Source: Bacillota bacterium (lineage in GTDB: Bacteria; Bacillota; Clostridia; Christensenellales; SZUA-584). Taken from it: a DNA stretch of 64,000 nt. Of the stretch, positions 19,467 to 29,868 are shown in pieces. The stretch spans positions 182,463-246,462 of the forward strand of contig JAEWTW010000026.1 in the NCBI GenBank assembly GCA_023397655.1. The letters run 5' to 3'. A program made the position numbers and the translations under genes. How positions within the stretch are numbered: position 1 is the first letter of the stretch; each line of letters opens with the position of its first letter. The notes under the pieces are model-generated. The model was not told where the DNA came from, searched no databases, and saw only the letters and a program-made list of their open reading frames with translations.

Positions 19467-21149
19467 TTATTGTTTGTCGCTTTTCATAAAATAGTTGGTG
19501 GAGGCGAGAGAAGATTCGCCCCCGTCGCACAATATTACGTCAACACCCTGATCAGAATCATTTTCGTGTCTTCTTGAGAGTTTTATCGTATCCACGATGT
19601 CCTCGATCTCTTGGGTTATCGAAATATCCTTGCAAAAGTTGAAGACCACCTCTACCCTGTCTTTATAAACAAGAACCTTATCAATAAACGTCTCAACCAA
19701 TACCTTCGTCATTTTCAGAGTCCCGACTTCAAGCTGATTTCTTGCAAGCCCGAACATCTTTGTGATCTCTTCTTCGTTAATCTGTTTGATATTGGTGTTC
19801 TTACAGAGCTCCTGATAACTTTCGTTCAAACGTTCTTTTTCTTGCTCAAGTTCGCTGAGCTTCTTAGCCAACGCAGGCGACGGCGATACCATGATTATTT
19901 CAACGATATTGTCGATTGACTTAGTGACTTCTTTGATCTTCTTCTCGTAATTTGCCTTCGCCTTGATATGCCCGGCATTCTTGCTAATTTGATATTCATC
20001 ATAGGCCGCACAAATATTTGGGATCAGCGTCTCATCAAACAGATATTCCGCAAGCTTCTCCATAACAAAGGTTTCAAGGTATTCTCTACGTATCTCCTTG
20101 TTCTCACAGCCATTCCGGCTCTTTCTGCCGGTACAAGCATATGTCACGTGCAACGTCTTCTTACGTCCGGAGTTCTTTCGGTTTCCCGTATAGACTCTTC
20201 CACATTCCCCGCAGATCACTTTTCTGGATAACAGGTAGACCTCCTTGGCGTTATTGCATGCCCTGATCTTCTTACGCGATTCCATCTTCTTGAGCGCCAG
20301 TTGGTAGTCTTCTCTAGAAATAATCTGAGGCATACCATCTTCGATGCGAACCATCTCGTCTTCTGTCTTATACAGGTGGCTATTTCTCTTACCGTCAATA
20401 TTCTTTGAAGACATGCGATTGAAGATGTATACCCCGGTATATCTTTCATTTCTAAGAATACTTGAAATAGAACCTTTACCAAAAGGTTTGCCGGCCTTGG
20501 TCATATACCCCTGAGCATTTAACGCATCGGCGATGACTCCATAGCCATCCCCTTCGATATACATCCGAAAGATCATTCGGACAGCTGCGGCTTCTTTATC
20601 ATTGATCGTGTACTTTTTCGTGTCAGGATCAACATTGTAGCCAAGCGCTCCTGTGCCGCCAGTATGCAACCCTTTAAGCGCATTTTCAGTCATACCCTTT
20701 TGAACTTCTCTGGCGAGGTTTTTGGAGTAGTACTCAGCCATAGCCTCGAGCACGCTCTCCAGGATGATGCTCTCCGGGCTTTCATCGTCCAGATATTCCA
20801 ATACACTCAAGAGAGAAATACCATGCCGTTTAAGCTCTGTTCGATAACCAATGCTGTCACTTCTGTTTCGTGCAAATCGGTCGAGCTTATGAACAATGAC
20901 TACATCAAACAAATCTTTCTTTGCATCTTTGATCATCGTTAAAAACTCGGGACGGTTATCAGTCATCGCCGATTTTGCACGGTCGATGTATTCAGCAACA
21001 ATGATAATGTCATTTCGTTTTGCATATTCGTTTATCGCGCGAAGCTGAGCATCTATTGATTCATCTCTCTGGTTATCTGAAGAAAATCTTGCGTATACTG
21101 CTGCTCGTACTTTTCCTTTGTTATCTCTGATTTTGTCTAATACTTTCAT
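19467..21149 (-). CDS. large serine recombinase (LSR), copy 1
   Basis: 560 aa. Resolvase catalytic N-terminus AAVYARFSSDNQ. Recombinase domain. Zn-ribbon CGECG...C..C. Coiled-coil C-terminal region. Confidence 0.9.
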   Translation of the reverse strand: MKVLDKIRDNKGKVRAAVYARFSSDNQRDESIDAQLRAINEYAKRNDIIIVAEYIDRAKSAMTDNRPEFLTMIKDAKKDLFDVVIVHKLDRFARNRSDSIGYRTELKRHGISLLSVLEYLDDESPESIILESVLEAMAEYYSKNLAREVQKGMTENALKGLHTGGTGALGYNVDPDTKKYTINDKEAAAVRMIFRMYIEGDGYGVIADALNAQGYMTKAGKPFGKGSISSILRNERYTGVYIFNRMSSKNIDGKRNSHLYKTEDEMVRIEDGMPQIISREDYQLALKKMESRKKIRACNNAKEVYLLSRKVICGECGRVYTGNRKNSGRKKTLHVTYACTGRKSRNGCENKEIRREYLETFVMEKLAEYLFDETLIPNICAAYDEYQISKNAGHIKAKANYEKKIKEVTKSIDNIVEIIMVSPSPALAKKLSELEQEKERLNESYQELCKNTNIKQINEEEITKMFGLARNQLEVGTLKMTKVLVETFIDKVLVYKDRVEVVFNFCKDISITQEIEDIVDTIKLSRRHENDSDQGVDVILCDGGESSLASTNYFMKSDKQ

Positions 21150-21272
21150 CGCTTCCTCCTTAATAAAATTAGGAAGCTAATGCAGCATGAACATTATTAA
21201 ATTGTCAATGTTCTTATAGGTTACCTTAAGTTTATCAGCTTCCGTTTTATATTCAAGGCTGTTAAATGTCTT
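19495..21272 (-). mobile_element. conserved LSR unit copy 1 (gene plus ~120 bp upstream region)
   Basis: Alignable by eye with 45908..47713 and 63026..63518. Homology starts inside the last ~10 codons (ttggtgg) and ends after ...caaggctgttaaatgtctt. Confidence 0.7.
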
Positions 21273-21423
21273 ATACTCGACTCATTGTGGATCTTCTCAA
21301 TTGCGTTTCTCCGCTTCGCCCTGTAGTCAAATTTAATCAAAACATCTGTAACCCTTAATATTTCTTTTTACCCTGCTATTTAGGTGCTTGCCCAATATAC
21401 GCACGGCAACAGCCAACCTCTGC

Positions 21424-21876
21424 TTAAAGGTGAAAGATAACCTCGGGAGCATCCACATGATTTTCAAAGCAAATTTCACCGGAGCCATCGATATGCTTAC
21501 TGATAACGCATCCGTCAAGGCTGGCGATTCTTTCCTTAAACCGGCCTGCGCGGTAGAATGCCCGGATACTTTCTATCGCATGCCGCTGTTCGGCATCATT
21601 GATACCGCCCTTATTAAACATAATTTTTATTTGGTGATTGAGAAAGGTTTCGTCTTCGGTTTCCGCGTCCATTTCCAACACCGTTTTATCATTAAGAATT
21701 GCGATGACATGCCCCGCGATTTCTCCCAGGGTCTTACCGGGAACACTGAGAAGTCCTCTAAAATACAATGAACTGTTTTTCAGGGCTGATATCTGCGCCG
21801 TATATTCTTTGATTTTAAGTATGCCTATCTGTACCAGAGCCTGCGCGCGAGCATAGGGTGCTACGCTTTCCGACAA
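21424..21876 (-). CDS. hypothetical protein (TTG start)
   Basis: 150-aa ORF with GGAG 6 nt upstream of the TTG. In the same frame as the upstream 77-aa ORF, separated only by TAA plus 27 sense codons. Confidence 0.4.
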   Translation of the reverse strand: MSESVAPYARAQALVQIGILKIKEYTAQISALKNSSLYFRGLLSVPGKTLGEIAGHVIAILNDKTVLEMDAETEDETFLNHQIKIMFNKGGINDAEQRHAIESIRAFYRAGRFKERIASLDGCVISKHIDGSGEICFENHVDAPEVIFHL

Positions 21877-21960
21877 TGCGATCTCCAGCAGGAATTCCGG
21901 CGCGTTCAGTCTCTGCAGCAGCTGGTCAAGATGAACCCAGCGCTCCTTTCGGATCTCAGG

Positions 21961-22194
21961 TTACACGTAATCTTCCGGCCCAAAGTCAGTCTCGATTACA
22001 GTTCCCGTATCCGAATAGTACCGCTCTTTCTTGCCGCAGCGCTCACACCATGTGGTTGCTACCCTGCCCGAAGCCGCGAACGACCCATCGTCATCGTCCC
22101 TTAAATCGTGCACAATTTTACCGCATATTCTGCATTCACAATGGGCATTCAAATTTTCTTTGCAAACGTGATCCTTTACTTTTTCTTGATCCAT
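21961..22194 (-). CDS. small zinc-ribbon protein
   Basis: 77 aa with CECRIC ... CERC Cys pairs. RBS AGGAGG. Confidence 0.5.
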   Translation of the reverse strand: MDQEKVKDHVCKENLNAHCECRICGKIVHDLRDDDDGSFAASGRVATTWCERCGKKERYYSDTGTVIETDFGPEDYV

Positions 22195-22212
22195 GATGTA
22201 TACCTCCTCGTT

Positions 22213-23430
22213 TTATTCAATCATACACGCTGAGCCATTATATTTTCGGAACTCAATACCTATACCGATATCCGTATGGTATCCCGGCTCGTCCGCGTAG
22301 TTTCCGTTCCACGCGATCTCATCAAGAGTAGGCGTATCATATGTTTGACGACGCTGTTCAATCAGTCTTAATGCTTCGCGGCCCATAACCGTGAGCGCGA
22401 ACCTGTCCTCCTCAAAAATATCCATTAACGACTCGGCGGCGGCTAAGCGAATTCCATAATTTTCATTGCTCAGCCTGCCATACTCGAATACCGCCTTCTG
22501 GTTGCATTCAGGCAAACCTTCATAAGCGGCAAGACGCACCTCGATACTGCAATCGTGAACAGCGGTATCACGCATCCACTCCATCTTATTCGGGAAATCA
22601 GCCTTTACCAATCTTTTTGCCGCCTCAGGGCGGATATACCAATCGGTTGTGTTTTGGACCAGATCCATCAGTAGATCTGAACGGGTGATTTGGTTTAAGA
22701 GGTTCAAGGCATCAAAGATGATATGTCCATTACAGAGCCGAATATACGCAGCCTCTTCATTTCGCCCCAGCCGTTTAAAAAGAACTTCCTTTTGGTCAAT
22801 CGTCAGTTTCTTATCCTGCAGTTTCGCTTCCAGTACGGCATGATTGCTGCAATGCGATACCGCGCAATGCCATAACCCGTTATTCTCGGCAGTATCCTTT
22901 ACAAATCGCTCGATCGTCTGCTGGTCATCCAGTTCGATCGCAGCATTCAGCCTATTCTCCGGTCTCGCATCCTCGCCGCACACGGCGCGCCTTAGCAAAT
23001 CGTCGGTGAGTTTATTAAAAGCAAGCGCACCTGCCTTCTCCCATTTAGCAGTCTTGGCCACTTGGGTCAGCAACGTTTCGTCAGTCATTGTTTCCACCGC
23101 CGCAGTGTAAAGATCCATCTCCTTGATCGCCAAGCGGCAAAGAAGCTGCTGATTCACCGATCTTTTAATCGCAGCCTGGCGCGTCCGCGCAAGATAGTTT
23201 CCTTCCGCGATACTGTCGATGACCGCCGGGTCGGATATCTGCATTAGCGCTGCGCTTTGGACAGGCGGCCAGCGAGCGTCTCGTACCAGATCAAGCAGCG
23301 CTGCCTGATCTTCGCGCAGCCGCTCTGCACCCAGCTCCGCAAGCTTGCCATCGTATGAATTCAACAGCGTTTTTTTGATCCAGCGCAGATTATTCGTGTG
23401 CAGCATCCTTCGGAATACCCAGGATTCCAT
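22213..23430 (-). CDS. HEAT-like alpha-solenoid paralogue (divergent N-terminus), HTD tail
   Basis: Start moved to MESW (AAGGAGGA upstream). Repeats of the type D..VR/IR..AA..L. Tail EPGYHTDIGIGIEF. Confidence 0.6.
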   Translation of the reverse strand: MESWVFRRMLHTNNLRWIKKTLLNSYDGKLAELGAERLREDQAALLDLVRDARWPPVQSAALMQISDPAVIDSIAEGNYLARTRQAAIKRSVNQQLLCRLAIKEMDLYTAAVETMTDETLLTQVAKTAKWEKAGALAFNKLTDDLLRRAVCGEDARPENRLNAAIELDDQQTIERFVKDTAENNGLWHCAVSHCSNHAVLEAKLQDKKLTIDQKEVLFKRLGRNEEAAYIRLCNGHIIFDALNLLNQITRSDLLMDLVQNTTDWYIRPEAAKRLVKADFPNKMEWMRDTAVHDCSIEVRLAAYEGLPECNQKAVFEYGRLSNENYGIRLAAAESLMDIFEEDRFALTVMGREALRLIEQRRQTYDTPTLDEIAWNGNYADEPGYHTDIGIGIEFRKYNGSACMIE

Positions 23431-23455
23431 TGTCGTCTCCTCCTTAAACATTCAC

Positions 23456-25576
23456 TTAGTGCTCAAAGTCGAACACCGTTTCCACCGTCACATCGCATCT
23501 TTCCGAAGCGCAGCCCGGATCAAAATCATGGTGCTTTAAGAGTGTGCGGCTGCCCAACTGCTTCAGCGTATTATGGCAATCTTGCGACTTTCCGTAGGCA
23601 TAGCAAAGGAAATCCCTCGCTTTTCTAAAGTCCCTCAATTCACTGCAATTTAATACCTTGTCGATCTGTTGCTTTATATACTCCATGCCGCCGTATTCAA
23701 TATAAACGTCGTCCATGTCTTTGCCTGTCAGTTTCGTAATCACCGTGGCATACCGGGGCACTTTATCCGCATCGCCGCTGCGCACCCCTGGTACAGCTGC
23801 TGTGATGATCGCTTCCCGATCTGCCAGAAAAACGTCGTTTGAGAGCCTCGCCAATATCGTTTCCATAGAAACGCGCCCATCGCGTACCAACGCAAGCAGC
23901 GGCGCCCATCGCCTCAAACGGCCGACAGCCGCTGTGCGGATATCCGACTCATCATCTAATATAAGCGATTCAAGAAAGTCCTGATCGTCAATGCGCGCCA
24001 CCGCTGCAACCCGAACACGCAGTGACGAATCGTGCAAGGCTACTTCTTTTAGGTCGCCCTCGTCAAGTGCTACCAGGGCCGCGATGCGCAGATTCTCCAG
24101 TTCCTTGGCGGCGGCCTCATGGACGTCGCTTCTGGCGTCTGTTTGTTGTATGATCCGCTCCAGCGCCGCCGCGTCAGCGATCCGTTCTGCCGCGGCTACG
24201 GCGAAGCGGCTGCCGCCCAGCGCGATCCTGAGCAGGATGGCGGTATCCGTGATATAGTTCAGGACATCGGCGCTGATGTATGTCTCCAGTCCGTCCGCCA
24301 GTCCCATTGCCTGATAGATGATGTCCTGGTTGCGTATCTTTGGCAATGCAGCGGCCACCAGTTCCCTGCCGTCCGCCGTCGGCGTTTGCTTTGTATGCTC
24401 CCAAATAACCTGCCCCAGCCGTTCATCTGAGGTCAAACGGCTGACCGCAGCCATACGTATGGACTGACGATAGCGGTGTCTGTCGCACGCCAGCTCTGCG
24501 AGCAACGGCTCGCTGGTCAGACGCAGCACCGTTTTTTCGTCAAGCTCGCTCATATGGCGCCGCGCATACAGGTTGAGGTCGGACGGGGCGGCGAGCATCG
24601 ATATCGCTTTTTGCCGGGCTTTATAGTCCCGGGATTCGATCGCCACCTCCAGAAGCTGATCCTGAGATAACGCAGTCAGCGGGATATTTGCCGGCGTCTT
24701 TGCTTTCTTCCCACCTTTTCTCTCAATGAGTGCGGGGCGAATCGCCTTTTGCAACAGCGCTTCCGTTACATCGTAAGGATGGGCGCTAATAAACTCTATT
24801 ATGTCTGCACGTTCTGTAAGTCTGCCTGCCGCTGCCTGTCTGATGGTAGCGGAATCGTTATGCAACGCTATACTTAAAAGCACCTTCTTTTCATCAATCC
24901 TGTCGAGCGCCATCATCCTCGCTCTAACTGCTTTTGCTGCACTCACCGCTTCGAGAACAGCGTCCTCGCTTCGCAGCCCCTTCACCAACGGCGCAACCGC
25001 ATCGCTTAGCGTAACTCCCATATCATCAAGCATTTTCAGCGTATTCAGTATCATTTTATCCGAAAATCGCCAAAGCATCGCGGAAACTTCTGGAGCGGAG
25101 CGCGAGAATATCCCCACACATTGCAGCAATACGATCGCCAGAAAATCTTCATCCTTAGCACAGCGTTTCAGGTACTCGTTCCGGGCTTTTTGTTCAAGAG
25201 TTGCCAGCATCTTTGCGAACGCTGCGTGGTCTTCCGTCACATCAAGCGCGGCGGAAAACAACGCAGCCACGCGCGCCGCATCTCCCTGAGACGCTTCATA
25301 TTCCAGCCGCTGCAAGATAGCCTTGAATTCCTGTGGATAATCCGCGATGCAAGAAAGCGCTTTTCCTGCCACACCTGCGCTGATTCGCGGTTCATCGAGA
25401 GCCAGGCGTTCCAGCAACAGCTCGTCTTTGATGCGAGATACCGCGAAAAACGCCACCGATTCCTCACGCGCGCCTTTAGCCGCACGCAGCAGCGCACTGT
25501 CGGAATCCAATGCAGCCACCGCTGCCAGTGCTCTGTTCGTATCTTTATCCTGCCATGCAGGTGACAATAGTCCCAT
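23456..25576 (-). CDS. HEAT-like alpha-solenoid paralogue, 706 aa
   Basis: N-terminus MGLLSPAWQDKD behind AGGAG. Many A..RL.D...L..IA repeats. Tail KHHDFDPGCASERCDVTVETVFDFEH. Confidence 0.7.
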   Translation of the reverse strand: MGLLSPAWQDKDTNRALAAVAALDSDSALLRAAKGAREESVAFFAVSRIKDELLLERLALDEPRISAGVAGKALSCIADYPQEFKAILQRLEYEASQGDAARVAALFSAALDVTEDHAAFAKMLATLEQKARNEYLKRCAKDEDFLAIVLLQCVGIFSRSAPEVSAMLWRFSDKMILNTLKMLDDMGVTLSDAVAPLVKGLRSEDAVLEAVSAAKAVRARMMALDRIDEKKVLLSIALHNDSATIRQAAAGRLTERADIIEFISAHPYDVTEALLQKAIRPALIERKGGKKAKTPANIPLTALSQDQLLEVAIESRDYKARQKAISMLAAPSDLNLYARRHMSELDEKTVLRLTSEPLLAELACDRHRYRQSIRMAAVSRLTSDERLGQVIWEHTKQTPTADGRELVAAALPKIRNQDIIYQAMGLADGLETYISADVLNYITDTAILLRIALGGSRFAVAAAERIADAAALERIIQQTDARSDVHEAAAKELENLRIAALVALDEGDLKEVALHDSSLRVRVAAVARIDDQDFLESLILDDESDIRTAAVGRLRRWAPLLALVRDGRVSMETILARLSNDVFLADREAIITAAVPGVRSGDADKVPRYATVITKLTGKDMDDVYIEYGGMEYIKQQIDKVLNCSELRDFRKARDFLCYAYGKSQDCHNTLKQLGSRTLLKHHDFDPGCASERCDVTVETVFDFEH

Positions 25577-25651
25577 GAATCTACACTCCTATATACGTCT
25601 GCTACAGCCGCTCTAAATCGAAATAAGACCCATAATCCGCGTGTCTTACCA

Positions 25652-25831
25652 TTACGGTAACCATGACCAGCATAAATTCACTGCTGATCCGCTCAACCGC
25701 CTTGCACACCAGTTGATATTGTTGATTTTGCAGGCAAGCCGCACCAAGAGTTCATCATCTGTGCATACGTGCCTGATGGCCTTTTTGGCCCGAGCAATAT
25801 TCTTACTCATCCACGGTATAAATAGTCCCAA
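25652..25831 (-). CDS. 59-aa mini-paralogue: N-terminal motif plus one repeat (possibly a remnant)
   Basis: TTG start 7 nt after GGGAGG gives MGLFIPWMSKNIARAKKAI... The upstream DNA resembles that of the 27046 start. Confidence 0.4.
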   Translation of the reverse strand: MGLFIPWMSKNIARAKKAIRHVCTDDELLVRLACKINNINWCARRLSGSAVNLCWSWLP

Positions 25832-25933
25832 ATTAATACCTCCCATTTTGATGCAGAGCATCGGCCTTTCTAGCAAAAAACTAGATTTACAGATCAATCG
25901 TTGTTGGTAGTCGCTACCCAAGAATATTACAGA

Positions 25934-27046
25934 TCATACGGGCAGGTCAAAGTGCACCTCCGCTTTATCTTCGTGTGGGGCACAACGATCTTCTCTATAG
26001 TCGTAATGCTCGTGATATGTACGTCGAGGGATTTTCAAAATCGCTTCACGCACCGCATCGTCCTTGGTTTCGCGATACATTTCCAGCAAGGCTTTCCGCG
26101 CAAAAGGCGCAACACGTCGGCTTTTTTCCATTATACGCAACAACGCTTCCACCGATGCTTGGGTTCGGATGTCTTTGAGCCGATCACATACTTCCCGATA
26201 TTGATCAAAATCTTTGCGATCTATCAGCTTCTCCAGTGCCGGAACAACGCGCGGATCGTCAAGCTCCATCAGATAATACGCATTATCGTTGCGTAGACAT
26301 TTGCTTATTAAAGCTGCAAGCGGCTGGGAATAGCGTGAAGAATCACGCTTCATGAGTTCAACTGCCACAAGGCAGCGCACATGCTTCAAGTTATCGGTGC
26401 ATAGCGCAAAGGACAGTAGCGAAGCATTGGATAATCGCGTCATTGCCAATTCAGCAATTCTTGCACGGCACCCCTCGTCTGAATCTTCCAAAAGATTTTT
26501 TTCGAGCAGGGCTAGATCGTCAATCTTATCGAAAATGTCCTTATTCCAATAGGGGTCTCGACGAAAACAGAAATACAATGTGTTTGGATCGGTAGTGATT
26601 TTTGCAAGGTGTTGGGCGGTGTTCCTGCGGACCTGGTGATCTTTTTCAGACATGATCAGTTCTTTTAGCAGTTCCACGTTCATAATTTTTTTCGAGGCAT
26701 TCATTCGAGCGAAGAAACTTGTTGCTTCTGCCGCTATCTTGAACAGCATATTATCGTCGTAGATTTCCTCCATTGCTTTTCTTGTGGCTTGATTCTCCTT
26801 AATACGATAAATTTTTGAATAATCGCATTTTATAATTGCCTCGGTTCGTACATAAACCGAGCTATCCGTTGCAGCGATTTTCGCGATTACTTCTTGATCC
26901 GTCAGCTTTTTTACAGCGAAGGCGCGCGTTCTTTCAAGTGGTGCTTTGAGCGCTGCTTCAGCAATCTTTCTCTGGTCGTTCAGATTTTCGATGGCATTTT
27001 CAGCTCGAGCTCTGTCCGTGCTCATCCATGGTGTAAATAGTCCCAT
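25934..27046 (-). CDS. HEAT-like alpha-solenoid paralogue, 370 aa
   Basis: Start at MGLFTPWMSTDRARAENAI (AGGAGG upstream). Tail TYHEHYDYREDRCAPHEDKAEVHFDLPV. Confidence 0.7.
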   Translation of the reverse strand: MGLFTPWMSTDRARAENAIENLNDQRKIAEAALKAPLERTRAFAVKKLTDQEVIAKIAATDSSVYVRTEAIIKCDYSKIYRIKENQATRKAMEEIYDDNMLFKIAAEATSFFARMNASKKIMNVELLKELIMSEKDHQVRRNTAQHLAKITTDPNTLYFCFRRDPYWNKDIFDKIDDLALLEKNLLEDSDEGCRARIAELAMTRLSNASLLSFALCTDNLKHVRCLVAVELMKRDSSRYSQPLAALISKCLRNDNAYYLMELDDPRVVPALEKLIDRKDFDQYREVCDRLKDIRTQASVEALLRIMEKSRRVAPFARKALLEMYRETKDDAVREAILKIPRRTYHEHYDYREDRCAPHEDKAEVHFDLPV

Positions 27047-27089
27047 ATTAGTACCTCCTACTTTTGCGCATCTGATATGTTTCAACAAT

Positions 27090-28598
27090 CTAGTTCACAG
27101 ACAGCGCATACAATTCCTCTACACTCATGCCGAATCGCTCCTGAACGCTCTCTTTGAAAATATTCATTGATACGTTCATAAAATCATCACCCGTCGCATT
27201 AAAGGCTTCGTTAAGCGCCGAGCGTAAGGGTTCAATACTTTGCGGGTTATATTCAAATTTATTCGTGGCAGGATAATAGTCAAATCTTGCCTCGGTGCCG
27301 TCTTTTTCCAAAGAAATGAAATAAACATTCTTATCTGCGAAATATAAAATCAGCATCTGATAGCCCTTCACATCGGGATCAACAAAAGACATGCTCCAGT
27401 CAAGCCTATTCTCGACGGCGACATTATTATCCCATTCCGGTTTATGAATAGAAATTTCCATGCCGTTTTCTTGGTAAGTATAAGTTCCCTTATAATCAAG
27501 AAATGCAAATCCAAGTGTTTCATACGGGGATTGCAGCACAATATTTTCATCAAAGGGCATGCTATACAGTATATCGATGGGAAGTCCTAAAGCCTCCTGA
27601 ATTATATTGTCAAAGAAGACAAAGGGGGTAAGCAGTACATCCTTGTCGTTCACATCGTTAAACGCCTCCCGTACAATTGCCTCCATGCTTTCACGGTCAC
27701 AGTTGAAGCTGTTTGTGGTGACATTGTAAACATAGGTATAATTTTTCTGAGTGTTTGGATTAAACATCCATACAACATAGGCGTTATGCACCGGATAGAA
27801 ACCGATAGCATTCTTATAGCCACTCTTAGCCCCGGTAACCACTCGAATGCAGTTTTGCCAATCTTGCTGCGGCGGATCACCCCACTCGACATGATTGATG
27901 CGTATGTCGTATTTATCCGTTTGATACAACGCCAGTTTGTCGTCATCGTTGAAGTTAAAGCCAAGCTCGGCAAGGGTAAAAGCCACATCAAAGTCGGCTT
28001 GTTCGAGGTTTGCGCGCATATCCGCAAGCGGAAAGTAGTTCCCAATCTGGCTACCCTCAAGGTACAGACATTTTAGGTTGGTGAGAGCTAAAAGCGGTGT
28101 TGGGTCTGCGATTGTGGAATGATCCAGCATCAAGACACTCAGGTTGGTCAGTCTGGCAAGCGGAGTATAGTCTTCTGCCGTGCAACCGGAGAGTATCAAT
28201 GCTTTCAAGTTGGTCAGAGCTGACAGAGGTGCAATATCGGTGATTGCGTTGCCGGATAAATCAAGGCTCTCGAGGCTTGTAAAGTTCTCCAATCCGGCGA
28301 TACTGCTAATCGGTGCTTTTTCCGATATGTATTTCTGCCAATCCGCAAAAGCGAGGTTCAAGCTTGTCACAGCTTTCGCTTCCGCAGCCGTAATATCACC
28401 GTTGGGCTTGCCCATAGCACCACGCACTATCACCTCAAGCGTTGGGTCGGCAAAGGTCACAACGCTAGTCGTCGCAGTTTCTGTCTGCGTTGGCGTTGGT
28501 AACGGTGTTGGTAATGGTGTTGCCGCAGTCGGTGTGCCACATGCCACCAGTGAAGTGAGTAGCAGCAGAGCGAACAATGCGGACAGTACCTTTTTCAT
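27090..28598 (-). CDS. lipoprotein with leucine-rich repeats (internalin-like LRR)
   Basis: Start moved to MKKVLSALF (GGAGGA upstream). Lipobox LTSLVAC. TP-rich linker. LRRs such as LESLDLSGNAITDIAPLSALTNLKALIL. Confidence 0.75.
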   Translation of the reverse strand: MKKVLSALFALLLLTSLVACGTPTAATPLPTPLPTPTQTETATTSVVTFADPTLEVIVRGAMGKPNGDITAAEAKAVTSLNLAFADWQKYISEKAPISSIAGLENFTSLESLDLSGNAITDIAPLSALTNLKALILSGCTAEDYTPLARLTNLSVLMLDHSTIADPTPLLALTNLKCLYLEGSQIGNYFPLADMRANLEQADFDVAFTLAELGFNFNDDDKLALYQTDKYDIRINHVEWGDPPQQDWQNCIRVVTGAKSGYKNAIGFYPVHNAYVVWMFNPNTQKNYTYVYNVTTNSFNCDRESMEAIVREAFNDVNDKDVLLTPFVFFDNIIQEALGLPIDILYSMPFDENIVLQSPYETLGFAFLDYKGTYTYQENGMEISIHKPEWDNNVAVENRLDWSMSFVDPDVKGYQMLILYFADKNVYFISLEKDGTEARFDYYPATNKFEYNPQSIEPLRSALNEAFNATGDDFMNVSMNIFKESVQERFGMSVEELYALSVN

Positions 28599-28624
28599 TT
28601 GGTGAATCCTCCTTTTTTTATCAA

Positions 28625-29812
28625 TTAGTTGTTGATAAAGCTCCAATATTCCGAGAAGTTTTCCTCACTTAGAAGAATCCTTGATCCGTAGATCTGCTTG
28701 CCCTTTGCTGCATCGAGCATCTCTTTGCGCACGCTCTCGCCGACAGTAGTGGCATAGTCAAACAATCTTTCGGAGAAAATGCTCTCTCCCGTTGTAAGGT
28801 TCAACAATTCGGCATCCAGCGAGGCGTTGTATTGCGGAATGGTCGAATCATCATCACCGAAATGGAACGTCCCGATTTTGTTTTCATAGCTGTAATGCAA
28901 CAGAAGCGCATAGGTGGCTTTGTTGGGATCATCGGTTAAGATCAGTCCGCCGAACAAAAGATTGCCTGAGGTTTCTATCATGTCCTGCGTGCTGATTGGC
29001 TTATGTCGGGCGGAGGCACTGTTGTACCCGCCTTCGGATTCCCTTTTTGTTACGAGATCGATCACCTTATCCGCACAGACGATGTAGTATTTGGGAATGG
29101 GAGAGGACGGCGTAAAGGCGCGGATGTCCGAAACCCCATAGGCGCTTTGAAGGGCTTGTTCATCCCAATTACGAAGCAGCGTCTCATCAAAAATGGTTTC
29201 AGCGGGGTCTCTTAGTGCGGCTAGCTCATCTTCTGCTTGAGACGAATAGTAGGTGCTGGGATCCTGTATGGATAATTTGAAACCGAAAACGCCACACCCG
29301 ATTGTTGTTTGCGTGCCATCTGTTCCGCTGTACAAATAGTTGTACACCAATAAGAACGGAGCAAACTCTTCGTTAAAGCACAGGTTTGAAATCGTGTTCG
29401 CGCCCACAGAAAATTCATCAGTATATTTGCCATATTGAACAGGGTACGGCCCCGCGAAGTTCTCTGTGGCCGAGGCAACTTTTATTTGGGTCTTTGAATC
29501 CCCACTGCCCACTGATGCATTTAAGTTTGAGATCTTAATCGTTACGTCATGGATGTACGTTTTGTCGGCAGAGAGAATAAAGCTGCATTTGATATCGCCA
29601 ACACCGGAATTCTTGCTATGCCCTGCGAAAAGCAATTCGCCTTCTTTGGGCTTAGCCACAGGTTCCACAGTGGGGGCTGACGGTGGTTCAACCGTGGGCG
29701 CTGCGGACGATAGTACTTCCGGTGATGCCGTTACTGCGGGAACGGGTGCACTGCAGGCTGCCATCGAAACAATTAGCAACAACGCAAGAAATGTGAACAG
29801 TGTCTTTTTCAT
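28625..29812 (-). CDS. lipoprotein of unknown function
   Basis: Signal peptide and lipobox IVSMAAC. No other motif recognised. Confidence 0.6.
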   Translation of the reverse strand: MKKTLFTFLALLLIVSMAACSAPVPAVTASPEVLSSAAPTVEPPSAPTVEPVAKPKEGELLFAGHSKNSGVGDIKCSFILSADKTYIHDVTIKISNLNASVGSGDSKTQIKVASATENFAGPYPVQYGKYTDEFSVGANTISNLCFNEEFAPFLLVYNYLYSGTDGTQTTIGCGVFGFKLSIQDPSTYYSSQAEDELAALRDPAETIFDETLLRNWDEQALQSAYGVSDIRAFTPSSPIPKYYIVCADKVIDLVTKRESEGGYNSASARHKPISTQDMIETSGNLLFGGLILTDDPNKATYALLLHYSYENKIGTFHFGDDDSTIPQYNASLDAELLNLTTGESIFSERLFDYATTVGESVRKEMLDAAKGKQIYGSRILLSEENFSEYWSFINN

Positions 29813-29868
29813 AATAGAAACCTCATTTTCTTATTAGCCTCACCTTGTGAAAGATATCTTGTCATGCG

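Noticed and set aside
21150-21272. Considered the conserved block upstream of each LSR gene to be a small accessory (RDF/excisionase-like) ORF, reading ...F(N/D)SL(E/D)YKTEAD(K/T)LKVTYKNIDNLIMFMLH*.
   Set aside because: No consistent start codon or RBS is shared by the three copies. Copy 3 is frameshifted relative to copy 2, and copy 1 has an upstream stop. Conservation is as easily explained by promoter or recombination-site DNA.
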